In this document: in pieces, positions 25,417 to 39,606 of the stretch
Layout of the letters: each line of letters starts with the position of its first letter
Numbering within the stretch: the first letter of the stretch is position 1
Assembly: GCA_043228905.1 (NCBI GenBank)
Contig: JBHGNT010000016.1
Span: 16,988,001 to 17,052,000 of the forward strand
DNA from: Azolla caroliniana
Lineage: Eukaryota > Plantae > Polypodiophyta
Direction: 5' to 3'
DNA length: 64,000 bases
Notes under the pieces: model-generated
Seen by the model: only the letters and a program-made list of their open reading frames with translations
What the model was told of the DNA's origin: nothing
Databases searched by the model: none
Position numbers and translations under genes: made by a program

Positions 25417-28400
25417 CACACACATAACTCATATCTCTTCCGCTTCACAAGAATCCATCTCTTGATTCTTTACATGCTATCAGAGCGATTTGGTAGTTCG
25501 ATCTAGCCCATTCGCCTCATCGTGATCGTGTGTTGTGCTCCACGCTGACGACCAAGAACCGGCTCATCGCTATCGTAGCTTCGCTACATAGCTCGCATTC
25601 AAAGAGAGAAGAAGAAGAAGAAGAATCGACATAATGAATACTCAAATGGGGAGCGCTCTCCCTACCGAGAAGTTGGATCGAAACAACTTCGCATTCTGGG
25701 AGTACAAGATGCACCAATACCCTGTCGGACAAGGCTATTGGAGCTACATCAAAGGAGCGCATGAAGATCGACCCGTCGACATGGCTCCCAGATACGCGAC
25801 ATGGGAGCAAGACACAACCCGCGTGATGTATTGTTTGGCAACATGTGTTCACGACCACATGCTCGGTTACATTAGAGAAGCCAAGACGATGAAGGAAGCG
25901 TGGGAAAATCTACGAAAGATTTTCGCCGCCAACACGACCGCGAGGAAGCTTCAACTTCGCCAAGAGTTGAACAACATTCAACAAAGGGACATGTCCATCA
26001 CGACATACACCTTGAAGATCAAGGACCTTAGCGACTCGCTCGACTCAATAAGCATAAGTATCGATGATGATGAGATGGTGCAAATATGCCTCGGCGGTCT
26101 CGCACCACGGTTCAACGTGATGCAAACCGCCGTTCTAGCAAGGGAGAAATTTCCCTCCTTCTTCAAGCTCCAATCAAAGCTATTGGTCGAAGAAAACCAC
26201 GTGCGTACAATGAGCAATGAATCGGAAGGCCACATGCTCTACACGCGCTCGAACGGAGGAAGAGGACGCGGATGAGCGAGAGGCCAAGTCGGCCAAGGAC
26301 AAGGCGGACGAGGTCCGACCTACGACAACAACTCCCAATTTCGGCCGCAAAACAGAAGCCAACGAGGAACCTTCGCAAGAAGGGGGAGCTTCCACTCCGG
26401 CCCTAGCCATCAAAATGCAACCGAATGCAGATATTGCAGAAAGCTCGGCCACCACGAAGAAGAGTGCCGAAAGAAGATGCGCGAAACGGCTTCCACAAGT
26501 GGACAACTCACGAACTACGTGCACAACTCCGTCTACGAAGATCGTGGCGGAATGTATGAACACAACTCCAACCGTGGCGGAATGTACGGGCACAACTCCG
26601 ACTACGAAGATCGTGGCAGAATGTACGCACACAACTCCAACTCTGCCGGAATGTTCATGATGAAACATAGAGCAAACTCTATGTCAGCCGCTACCTCAAC
26701 TAGTGCCTCCGGTTCGGAACACGTATGGTTCGTCGATTCCGGTGCCTCGAACCATATGACATCGCATCAAGAATGGTTCCGAGAACTTCGAGAGCCGGAC
26801 CGACCCGGCTATGTCGAAACCGGAGACGACACTACACACCCGATTCAGCACATCGGCAATGTTCCGTTCAGAAAAGAAGGTAAACAAAATTACATTAAAA
26901 ATGTCTTCCATGTACCGACCATTACGAAGAATTTGATCTCCGTTGGCCAAATTGTAGAGCAAGGGATGCAAGTTCAATTTAATCAAGGCGGTTGCTTCAT
27001 CGAAAAAGAGGGCTGACTCATCGCACACAGACGAAGAGAGGGCCGAATGTTCATTCTTGACTCACACGAGATGAAATTGGCCATGTTCGCAAAGGGCATG
27101 AAAGCCGACTCCGACATAGAATTATGGCACAAGCGGATTGGCCATATAAATCTCCAAAGGCTCAAAGCAATGAAATCGAAAGGAGTCGTCATCGGACTCC
27201 CGACATTCAAAGAGAAGGAGATTGAAGGTGTATGCAAAGCGTGCCAATTCGGCAAGCAACACCGACACCCATTCCCGAAAGAGTGGAACGTGAGCAAAGG
27301 TCTACTCGACGTAGTCCATTCCGACGTATGGGGATCGGCGCAGACGGCTACATTCGGTGGATGCCGATATTACGTGCTCTTCATCGACGACTTCTCTAGG
27401 CACACTTGGATCTACCCGATGCGGCAAAAGAGCGAAGTGTTCAGACACTTCCAAAAATTCAAGAATGAAGTCGAGAAATCCACGGGTCGACATGTACGAT
27501 GGCGGCAAGGAGTACTTCTCGGACGATTTCACGGCGTATCTCCGAAAGGAAGGAATTCGACGAGAATTCACTTGCCTACACACTCCACAACAAAACAGAG
27601 TAGTCGAGTGCAAAAATCGGCACATCCTCGAAGTAGCGCGGGCCATGATGAACGAGAAGCATATGCCCAAGTCATATTAGGCCGAAGCTGCAAATACGGC
27701 CGTCTACCTAATGAACTAGTGTCGCTAAAATACGACGAGGATACATGAACTTTGAGGCAGGACCCCTGGGCCTCTGACCGGAAGATATCAGATTCGTATG
27801 ATTATATTAAACAATTAATACAAAATGAGAAAGATTCACAAATTTCATTAATAAATAGAAAAGAAAATTACATAATTAGATAAGAGGAAATTAAGATATG
27901 GATTCTATACAAAGTTATGGTTTTTGGCTACCGTAAGGAAATTAGGGTTTATGAGAGATATGGCTTCTTGAGTGATATAGCTTCCGTATGGAAAATTAGG
28001 GTTTTTGGCTTCCGTATGGAAAATTAGGGTTTTTGGCTTCCGTAGGGGAAATTAGGGTTTTTGGCTTCCGTAAGGAAATTAGGGTTTATGACAGATATGG
28101 CTTCCCTAAGATAAGGGAGCTGAGAAGGAAAAGAAAATTAATAATGGAGAGAGGATAAGTGTAAAAAAAAGATGAAATTTTATATGGAGTTCTCCCTTGA
28201 TCATCGGCATGTCCACTTTTTGTTGCATGGCCTCTACTTTGAGTTGTATAGCTTTTTCTTTTAGTTGCATCTATTTTTAGTTGCATGGCTGTTTCTTTTA
28301 GTTGCATGCGACCGTCCACATGACCTTTACTTTGGTTTTCTTCACTTCACTTTAATTTGTTGCATGATCCAATCTTCCGTCCATCCGCTTCCAACCTCAT

Positions 28401-31400
28401 CCGGTACCCGGTTCCACCCGATCGCCGAATCCCTCGCTGGTCGGTTCCATTTTGCTTGTCGGCTAGTTCTAGTTTGCTTGTCGGTTCCTGTTCCGGTTTT
28501 GCTTACTAGCCGGTTTCTAGTTTGCATACCAACCGGTTTCCGAATTTGCTTACCGGTCGGTTCTGGTTTTGCTTACCAGCCGGTTTCCGATTTTGCTTGC
28601 CGGCCCGGTTCCAGTTTTTGGGAACTTAGCCAGCATCATCCATCAAGACAAAGTGGCCAAAGTGCTCTTAGCACAAATGAAAATGAGGGACTCAAGGTAC
28701 TTATATAGCTAGGGCCTTAAATTTCCTATCTATGTGGGATAAATAATAGTTCTATTTTCCCTATCTTCTCAAACATCCATCTTCTATAACATGTCATTAA
28801 GCTAATATAAAGTACTTATTTTATTATTTATTATTATATTTTACATAGTATGAGAAGATTCACACGACACCGGTGCACAACATCCGGCGTGCACGAGGTC
28901 ACTCTGCACAAAAAATACTTTGGAAAGAAGCCGGACTTATCACACATCCGGATATTCGGCGCGATAACGTACGTGCACATCCCCGATGAGAAACGTCAAA
29001 AGCTTGACCCGTACTCGGAGAAATGTATCCTCGTAGGATACTCATTGGAGCAAAAGGGGTACAAGTGCTACAACCCCTCAACTCGAAAATCTCGAGTAAG
29101 TCGAGACGTCGTTTTTGACGAGTCTGCATCCTGGTATGCACCAGAGACAACTTCGACTCCAACTTCGCTCGACCCAGAATCCGCCGAACAAGAGATACAG
29201 GATGAAGATCGCCTTACACACATGTTCGAAGAAAGTCCGATTACGACCCGACTAAGCGGACCACAAGAGCCTTTGAGCAATCAAAGCACATCACGGCCTG
29301 GCTCGAAGATGGAAAAAGGCAAGGCGTAAATGGTGGAATACGCAGACGATTGCTTCGACGACGATGAGTCGACTCACTCACTTGATAGTGAGTTCGGCGG
29401 CTTGGATGTACCAATCGGAGCTAAGAAAGCCCTCATCTCTGCAAATGAAAAGCTCCGTCACTCCACCCGTGAAAAGAATCCCGCAAGCCGATTCGGCTAC
29501 AACGATTATATAGCGTACCATTACGCCTTTATAATGAAGGTAGCGACAGTACGCGATCTGGAAACTTTTTCCGAATCAACCAAGGATCCACGATGGATCG
29601 AAGCCATGAACGAGGAGATGCAGGCACTACGCAAGAACGAGACATGGGATCTCGTTCCCATCTCACCACACAAAAAGACAATCGGATGCAGATGGATTTA
29701 CAAAGTGAAGTACAACGTCGATGGTTCCGTCAACCGCTACAAAGCGCGACTCGTAGCGAAAGGCTACGCCCAAACACACGGAGTTGACTACGAGGAGACC
29801 TTTGCCCCAGTGGCAAAGATGACGACGGTACGGACCGTAATTGCGCTTGCCGCGGCGAAAGGGTGGCACCTCCATCAAATGGACGTTAAGAGCGCCTTTC
29901 TACAAGGTGAATTAGAAGAGGAGGTGTATATGATACAACCACCCGGCTTCGAATCACGCACCCATCCGAAAGTTGTATGCCGACTCAAGAAGCCACTCTA
30001 CAGGCTCAAACAAGCACCGCATGCTTGGCATTCGAAGATAACGCAATATCTTCATCAAATCAGCTTCTGTATGTCAAAATTGGACAACTCCCTCTACATA
30101 CGAAGCGATTCCGCAAGTCTGATCGTCATCATCCTATATGTGGATGACCTAGTCATTGGAGGTGAGCATCTCGTCGAAATCAATAAGGTCAAATCCCTCC
30201 TTTCCGACAAGTTCAAGATGACGGACATGAAGGAGCTAAACTACTTCCTCGGCATTGAGGTAATTCGAACTCTGGCCGGAATCATGATCTCTCAACCGCA
30301 CTACATCCTCAACTTGTTATACAAGTTCGGGATGGCTGAGTGCAAATCCGCGGCAACCCCGCTCAATCGCAATCTCAAACTGGATGCGAACTCCGGCACC
30401 AAAGTGTGTGAGCCGACTCAGTATCGGCAACTCATCGAGAGTCTCATCTACCTCACGATCACTCGACCCGATCTCAGTTATCCGGTCGGTCTCCTTAGCC
30501 AATTCATGCAAACACCGCATGATACTCACTTGGAGTGCGCTAAGCGAGTTCTACGATATGTGAGCGGCACAATGGATTACGACATCCTCTACAAGACCGC
30601 AATGCCAATACGACTCGAGGGGTACATAAACGCCGATTGGGCCGGCTACAAAGCCGATAGAAGATCAACTTCCGGATTTGTTTTCTCCCTCGGTAGTAGA
30701 GCAATATCCTGGAGTAACAAGAAGCAGCCTATTGTCGCTCTTTCGAGTACGGAGGTGAAATACAAGGGCGCAGCCGTAGCTAAGTGTGAAGCCGTATGGC
30801 TCAGGAGGATTGTGAAGTATCTGGGCGTACCCATCAAGGATCCGATATCCCTTTACTGTGACAACATGAGCAGTATCTATCTGGCTCGGAACCCAGTGTT
30901 CCATGCGCGAACAAACCACATCGAAGTGCACTATCACTTCATCCGAGAGCGCGTTCTAGCTGGCAATGTCGACCTACAACACATTAGCACCAATCTTGAA
31001 ACAACCGACATCTTCACTAAAGCCTTAAGAGCCGACAAGCTATGGCAATTCATGACTGATCTCGGATTGACAATCCCTGACCTACCAAGCTTGAGGGGGA
31101 GTACTGACGACATTACTGAATAACACGTGGATTCCGCAAACCACGCACATTACGAAATAACGCATGGATTCCGCAAACTGCGCACACTACACAATAACAC
31201 GTGAGTTACGCAACAACGCAACGAAGCCACGAAGAGCCGATCTACTGTGCAAAGCCGCGAAGAAAGACGCAAGCCGAAGTGCAGATTTCGCAACTACGCA
31301 CAATGCAAGCTAGAGCACGGATTCCGCAACTCCGCATAAATGCGACTCGACGCGAGTCGACACGGACTCCGGAACGCGAGTCGAAGTGGATTTCGAATAC

Positions 31401-31838
31401 AGTCTGAAACCGACCCGACTTGAGCTTGAGGGGGCGTGTTGAGAATCAAGCTCAACTTGGTCTAGTGTGTGAACTCACCTTGAGAGTGAATAGACACTCC
31501 AACGGTCAAGAGTCACCATTATGTCACCCTTTGTATTCTAGCATTTAGTATGAGTCATATAATCATATTCTATGACACATAACTTATGAGCTTTCACATT
31601 CCCCATGCTCCATGAGTCTTGTAGTTAATGAGGAGAGAGGGTGACTATATAAAGCACCCTCCTCCCACCTTGTATTGTGTAGAGTCTTTCTCCTTTGTTA
31701 ATATACTTTTACCTTGCGTATTCTCTATGTCTTATTCCTTGTCTCTCTCACTCAATCTCTCTCTCTCTCTCTCTCTCATACACACACATAACTCATATCT
31801 CTTCCGCTTCACAAGAATCCATCTCTTGATTCTTTACA
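25066..31838 (+). mobile_element. Full-length Ty1/copia element, recent insertion, disrupted ORF
   Basis: Nearly identical LTRs at 25066-25474 and 31437-31838; TSD TATAC; PBS TGCTATCAGAGC; PPT; gag, WFVDSGAS, HSDVWG, YKARLVAKG, YVDDL and RNase H motifs. Confidence 0.96.
27720..28869 (-). mobile_element. Solo LTR (TGTCG...CGACA group) inside copia integrase, with ATTAGGGTTT repeats
   Basis: TGTCG/CGACA ends. Splits MN|RCT. 4-bp TSD CTAG/CCGG. Confidence 0.85.
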
Positions 31839-32507
31839 TATACATTCAATTCGACAATACTGCTAGAGAGAACAAAAATTCAACTGTGTTTGGCTATCTA
31901 TGTATGTTGGTCAACCAAGGATTGTTTAGAAAAGTGAAAGTCAACTTTCTTTTGGTTGGCCACACACATGATCATATAGATCAGGTGTTTAGCACATTCT
32001 CCGGACAGTTGTCTCGACATGATGCTTTCACATTACCAAAACTATTTGATGTCATTTTGTATGCATATACACCACCACGCCCAAAAGTATTACACTTAAA
32101 GGAGGTATATGAGTTTAAGAGATATATATTAGATGGGGGTGTTGGGAATGTTAAAGGGCTCGCCTAGTTAAACAATATAAGCTTCAATCACATTTTTATG
32201 ATAAAGAAAAATGAAATAAGTGGTTCTACGCTTTTGTATGCTAAACAATATTCATCTTCTACAACATGGGAACCTGAAGCTGGTTGCCAGTTATTACTTT
32301 TTATACCGAGTACAATTTTCCATGGAGCTAAACAAATGCCAATTGAGAAGAAAGGACAATTGCATAGTGACTTGGTATCGGAACAAAAACAATTATGGCT
32401 CCAGGCCTTAGAAGAAAAAAGAAAGCATATTGAGGCCGCAAAGAAATATGTCGCACAACAAGACACGTCATGGTGGGATGTATTTTTTAGTGATCAGAAA
32501 AGAATTA
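31839..32507 (+). pseudogene. Transposase catalytic region, copy 1
   Basis: IQFDNTARENKN...FLLVGHTHDHIDQVFS, in frame with PPILY once the copia is removed. Confidence 0.82.
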
Positions 32508-32708
32508 CGTGATAGCCCTCTTGTCCCCCACCTCAACCAAGTCTAGGTGGCCCTCAATCCACATGAGTGATTGATCTTTATCCGCCAATTGCTAGCTCCT
32601 TTTCCGTCACTAGTCCTATCCAACTATTATTTGATCAGGGCCGCCAGTTCCAAGGGGATGTCCTCAATGTCATTGCAACTCAACTAAGTGTCTAGTAGGT
32701 GTTTAAGT

Positions 32709-33033
32709 CCAAATTAGACATGCAAGATATTTTTGGAAAGCCCTTTGAGTTAGATTTCTTATGAATGTTTTGTTGTCTAATTTGGACACCGGATGAGGAA
32801 ATTATGAGCTTTTTTCTCTACCTTGCTCCTCAATTCCACGCCTTGCGTTTTATTATTATTATTATAATTTTACTTTTTCTATTTTTTTTCTACTTTTGAA
32901 ATTTCGCTTCTACCTTCTTATCTTTTCATCATTTATTACAAAAGCTGGCTTCACAATATTAGTTTATTTCAACTACTACTTTATTCTTTTTTTTTGTGGT
33001 GGTTTCACACTATGTGTTGAAAACATCACGACA
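32709..33033 (-). mobile_element. LTR 5'-end fragment (TGTCG group)
   Basis: Minus-strand start TGTCGTGATGTTTTC...GTGTGAAACCA resembles the LTR start at 63240; flank ACGA. Confidence 0.6.
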
Positions 33034-34200
33034 ACGAACAACAATCTTGGCGAGAGAAAAACATCCTAAATGTCCGACATAATCAGACTGATTCTTCATT
33101 ATGCCCATTTGGTGTTGATGGATTCGAATTCGATCAGCCGAGAGACACTTTATCATCCCATCTACAACATTATTGAATGTAGGTATCTTCTCGAGGTTGA
33201 CTTTCCCTAAAACGACGCAGTCCCGAACAAACTGATATCGAACGTCGATGTGCTTCGAGGTGTTGTCCTGGACCGGCTTTTTCGATAGAGTGACAACACC
33301 CTAACTGTTGATGTAGGCAACTAGAGCTGAGTTGGAGTCACCTTGTCAAAACGTGTCCGCCAACCGACTAAGCCATAAAGCCTCGTTCGCCGCATCAGAT
33401 GTGGCTACATATTCGGCCTTGGTTGTTAATCTAGCAGTCCAATCCTAAAGTTGCGATTTCCACGAAATTACTCCATTGCCGAATTTGAAACAGTATCCGG
33501 TTGTTGATTTCCGATTCTCCATGCAGCCTTCAAATTCTGAGTCTGTGTATTTGACTACACTTGATTTGTCATTCGGACCGAATAAAATAACTAGCTTTTT
33601 TGTCCCCACCAAATATCTGAACACATGCTTAACTGTGTTCCAATGCGATCGGCTAGGATTGGGCGTGAATCTGCTGAATACTTCGACAACGTCAGCAATG
33701 TCAGGCCATGTTGCGACCATCACGTACATCAAGGAGCCAACTGCAACTGCATACGGTACTGACTTCATAATTACCCCCTCCGGACCGGATGTTGGGCATT
33801 CCCACTAAGACAACCAATAGCTAATGGGGAGCGAGGTCGAAGTACATTTTGTCGATTGCATGTTGAAGCATTCGAGGACACGTGTAATATAGTCGGATTG
33901 CGACAAAATCAACTGTCGTCGATTTTGATTCTAACTTATCTTCATCCTGAGAATGTGTCTGGTTGGACCGAGGTCCTTCATAGAAAACTTCAGCGGCAAT
34001 TGCTGAACGAATTCGTCGAGCTCTTCGGTATGCCGACCAAAGAGTAGCATGTCGTCCACGTAGATGATGAGGAAGATGGTTGACCGATCTCGAGTTGTTT
34101 TTGTGAAGAGACAGTGGTCCTCATCGCTCTTTGAGAAGCCAACCAATTTGATGAAGTTGTTGAACTTCTTGTACCACTATCACGGTGTCTGTTTCACACA
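33034..34200 (-). pseudogene. Ty1/copia RT-RNase H fragment
   Basis: YVDDMLL, VPYAVAVGSLMY, RKSTTGY, KHIDVRY. Confidence 0.85.
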
Positions 34201-34271
34201 CCAAGCGTGGACTAAGACGGAGCACGGATGATGAGGCTACGACGGAGCGATGACGGAATGACACAAGAGCA

Positions 34272-35628
34272 TAGAGAGAACAAAAATTCAACTGTGTTTG
34301 GCTATCTATGTATGTTGGTCAACCAAGGATTGTTTAGAAAAGTGAAAGTCAATTTTCTTTTGGTTGGCCACACACATGATCATATAGATCAGATGTTTAG
34401 CACATTCTCCGGACAGTTGTCTCGGCATGATGCTTTCACATTACCAAAACTATTTGATGTCATTTTTTATGCATATACACCACCACGCCCAAAAGTGTTA
34501 CACTTAAAGGAGGTATATGACTTTAGGAGATATATATCAGATGGGGGTGTTGGGAATGTTAAAGTGCTCGCGTAGTTAAACAATATAAGCTTCAATCACA
34601 TTTTTATGATAAAGAAAAATGAAATAAGTGGTTCTACGCTTTTGTATGCTAAACAATATTCATCTTCTACAACATGGGAACTTGAAGCAGGTTGCCAGTT
34701 ATTACTTTGTATACCGAGTACAGTTGTCCATGGAGCTAAACAAATGCCAATTGAGAAGAAAGGACAATTGCATAGTGACTTGGTATCGGAACAAAAACAA
34801 TTATGGCTCCAGGCCTTAGAAGAAAAAAGAAAGCATATTGAGGCCGCAAAGAAATATGTCGCACAACAAGACACGTCATGGTGGGATGTATTTTTTAGTG
34901 ATCAGAAAAGAATTATAGACAATTGTGTATTTGGTGATAATTGGAATTTGGAAACGTCATTCACATGGTCGCTAGAACATGATCGTGTAAATAAAACTCC
35001 GGAGCAACCAGCAGATGCGATTAATGACAGTTTGGTCCATCCACAACAAAGAGACATTTATGTGGGACCAAGGATGACCAAAGCAACTGAAGCTAGATGG
35101 CAAGGCAATTTGCAAGAGCTCGCGGCGGGGATGTTGATTGCAACGCCGGCTGATGAGAACTCACATGGCCACCAATTTTAGGTTGGTAAAATTCTAGAAG
35201 TGCTAATGCATGAAATAGAAAACACGATCAAGTCTATAAATGTTAATTGGTACAACACTAGAAGTGCAAATGCTTTTACGGGTAAGTATATATTGGAGAT
35301 GATTGAATGCCCAACGACAAGGGGAGGTAGGAAGAGGAAGCGAAACATTCGTAACACCTGGACCCTTGATATCTCTGATGTGGATATCATCGTGTGCGAC
35401 TTCACGCTTATAAAAGTCGGACGATTAAGGAAGTCAACAATAGATATAATAAAAGAAAAATTACCAGGTCTACAAGGTGGCTCGAGTTTAGGGCAAACGC
35501 GATCTGCTACATATAATCTAGAGTCAAACCATTTGGTTTATGACGAAGATAATGCACTGATTGGTACATCTGAGGATAACGAGGAGGAATCGTCATTGTA
35601 TATTAGTTATAGTAGTGATTCTCTGTAA
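34272..35628 (+). pseudogene. Transposase catalytic region copy 2 plus C-terminal extension
   Basis: RENKN, GHTHDHIDQMFS; one frame with two TAG stops, ending in an acidic/Ser tail. Confidence 0.8.
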
Positions 35629-37310
35629 AGGAGTGATCATGAATGTATTTTTGGCTATTAAGTGTAACTACATTCCGCTTGTAACAAATCGAGTAATATA
35701 AAAGCATGTGTTTTGAATTCTTATGATTTCTAAAAAATCGTTTCTTATAAAATAACATTGGTTGTAAAGTTTGTGATATATATTGAGAATGTAACTTTTT
35801 GAAATTCCTCTTTTTTTATTTATTTCTAAATCACGAAAATAGTGGATTTTTAACCTTTTTCATAGTATATTTGAACATGTATGATACTAGTATCAATGTG
35901 TTTTGTAAAATCATTGAAAAAGTACTAAAATCAACCAGAATATTCCTTATCCTTCCATTTATGGGCAATTCTTCCACTTGTGAATGTGAACGTGTTTTTA
36001 TCTCTATCCGCCTATAGCCCTCTTGTCCCCCACCTCAGCCAAGTCCAGGTGTCCCTCAGTCCACATGAGCAATTGATCTCTATTCACCTATAGCTCTCCT
36101 GTCCCCCACCTCAACCAAGTCCAAGTGGCCCTTAGTCCACAGGAGCGATTGATCTTTCTTTGCCAATTGATATTCCCTCGATCCCCCTCCTATGTGATAG
36201 CCCTCTTGTCCCCCACCTCAGCCAAGTCTAGGTGGCCCTCAGTCCACAGGAGTGATTGATCTTTATCCGCCAATTGCTAGGTCCTTTTCCGTCATTAGTC
36301 CTATCCAACTATTATTTGATCAGGGCCGCCAGTTCCAAGGGGATGTCCTCAATGTCATTGCAGCTCAACTAGGTGTCTAGTAGGTGTTTAAGTTCCCATA
36401 CCATCCTCAGACAAATGGCCTCATCAAACGCCTCCACAAGACCCTCACGAAGGAGATTGCCGCTTACATCAATCCATGCCACAAAACTTGGGATCAAATC
36501 TTGCCTTTCGTCACCCACGCCTACAATACATCCGTACATGCGTCGACACGGATCAACCCTATTCGAGCACTGTATGGGCGTAACCCTCGCCTCCCACCAA
36601 AATCGTCCATTGATGTACACATGAAACCTGGCAACATGGATAGTGCCACTTGGGAGCTCTATCTCCAACAGATGTTGTCCCTCCTTTGACAAGCCACTCC
36701 TCCTGCTCCTCCGTCTCTTGTTTCTCTCAGGGGGAAATGTGGTGTGCATGTGTTCCTTTGTGCCACCCTTTTACCACACTCTTTTTAGGATGCATGTATC
36801 TAAGCCAACCCACCCTTTTTAGCTAAGCCAACCCAAATGGGTAGCTTTGTATCAACTATAAATTGAGTAAGAAGTAAGAAGCTAACTAGGCTGGTTTTGA
36901 TCTCTTATGTGCATTTCACATTATCAATGGAAGAGATTGAAATATAACACTAAATTATCTTCCATTAGAAGGGTCAATTGCATGGATTTAGTATTAGCTA
37001 TATTTTATGCCTGACTATAGATCAAACCCAAAACTAAGAATTAACAATAGAAGCATAAACTATAGTTGGGAAACTCTAAATACCCTTGAATTTGTCGAAC
37101 AGAAAACAAATGCTAAGGGTGTCTTGGTAATTATTGCAAGGTAATATACAATGTGCCATTGCCTAAAATGATTCTTAACTAGAAGATCTAACAATAAAAT
37201 CAAAACCCAAATCTAGAACAATTTGGCTTTCATAATATGACATGGCATGGTTTTCAATATAGAAAAGTGGTTGATGAATCAAAAAAATGTGCATGTTCTC
37301 TAAGGGTCAT

Positions 37311-37312
<2 letters not shown>

Positions 37313-37385
<73 letters not shown>
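37313..37385. repeat. (GT)n microsatellite
   Basis: Direct. Confidence 0.95.
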
Positions 37386-37386
<1 letters not shown>

Positions 37387-37986
37387 ACAACATATGGATC
37401 AACTTTGTCTAAGGATGTAAAGTATCATATGTTAACACATTTGAAGGATTATCCCTAAACAAGTGTAACTTTGTAAAGGTTGAAGTTTGATTCCTTGACA
37501 CTAGAAATACCTCGGAAGTGTTTTTTTAACCAGTCATTACTTGCACCAATTATGTTGCCTAGAAAAGAAAGGCATAATCTCGAAAACACCATTATGTTCA
37601 TAAACTTCTTTATGAAGTCCTTGTATTCAATGTAATATAATGTATAGAATTTGACGATCATGCCATGCATATGATCAATGTGTATTAGCCATCACATAAG
37701 TTTTACTTATACTCAAATTTCGTGATTTGTTTTTTAATGAAAACTAAATTAAAGAAAAATATAGCCAAGTACTTAACTAATAATCACACAGAGTTTTAAG
37801 ACATTACTGAAATATCCCTCCATAATACAGAAACATTCATAAACTTATGATTACTATACAAAGTATACAAAGTACCCCACACAGTCGTGTTGTATTATTA
37901 TGACCTCCGTTTAACATTGTGATGAACTAATCTAAGAGGAAAATTCACCATTATTGAGCTATGTTGGGTTCTAATGCAATGGGCAG

Positions 37987-39606
<1,620 letters not shown>

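Larger units (their letters stand above)
16564..35996. mobile_element. TIR DNA transposon (DUF7869/Sola1-like transposase plus N4/N6 DNA methyltransferase), heavily nested
   Basis: 36-bp TIRs at 16564-16599 and 35961-35996 (32/36 match). 4-bp TSD TTCA/TTTA restores the host repeat GAGCGATTNATCTCT. Confidence 0.82.
16123..36920 (+). mobile_element. Small-LTR gypsy-like element with tRNA-Ala PBS, outer host of a large nest
   Basis: Related ~185-bp LTRs at 16123-16307 and 36738-36920. PBS TGGTGGAGATGCGAGGTA at 16311; PPT CAGGGGGAAA; integrase fragment YHPQTNGL at 36390-36690. No TSD, so the two LTRs may be different copies. Confidence 0.65.

Noticed and set aside
26513-26640. YxHNS..RGGM peptide repeats in copia gag-pol
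   Set aside because: Local slippage expansion in a variable linker between the zinc knuckle and protease.
31628-32167. 179-aa ORF as a novel gene
   Set aside because: Chance fusion of copia 3' LTR sequence to the interrupted transposase frame.
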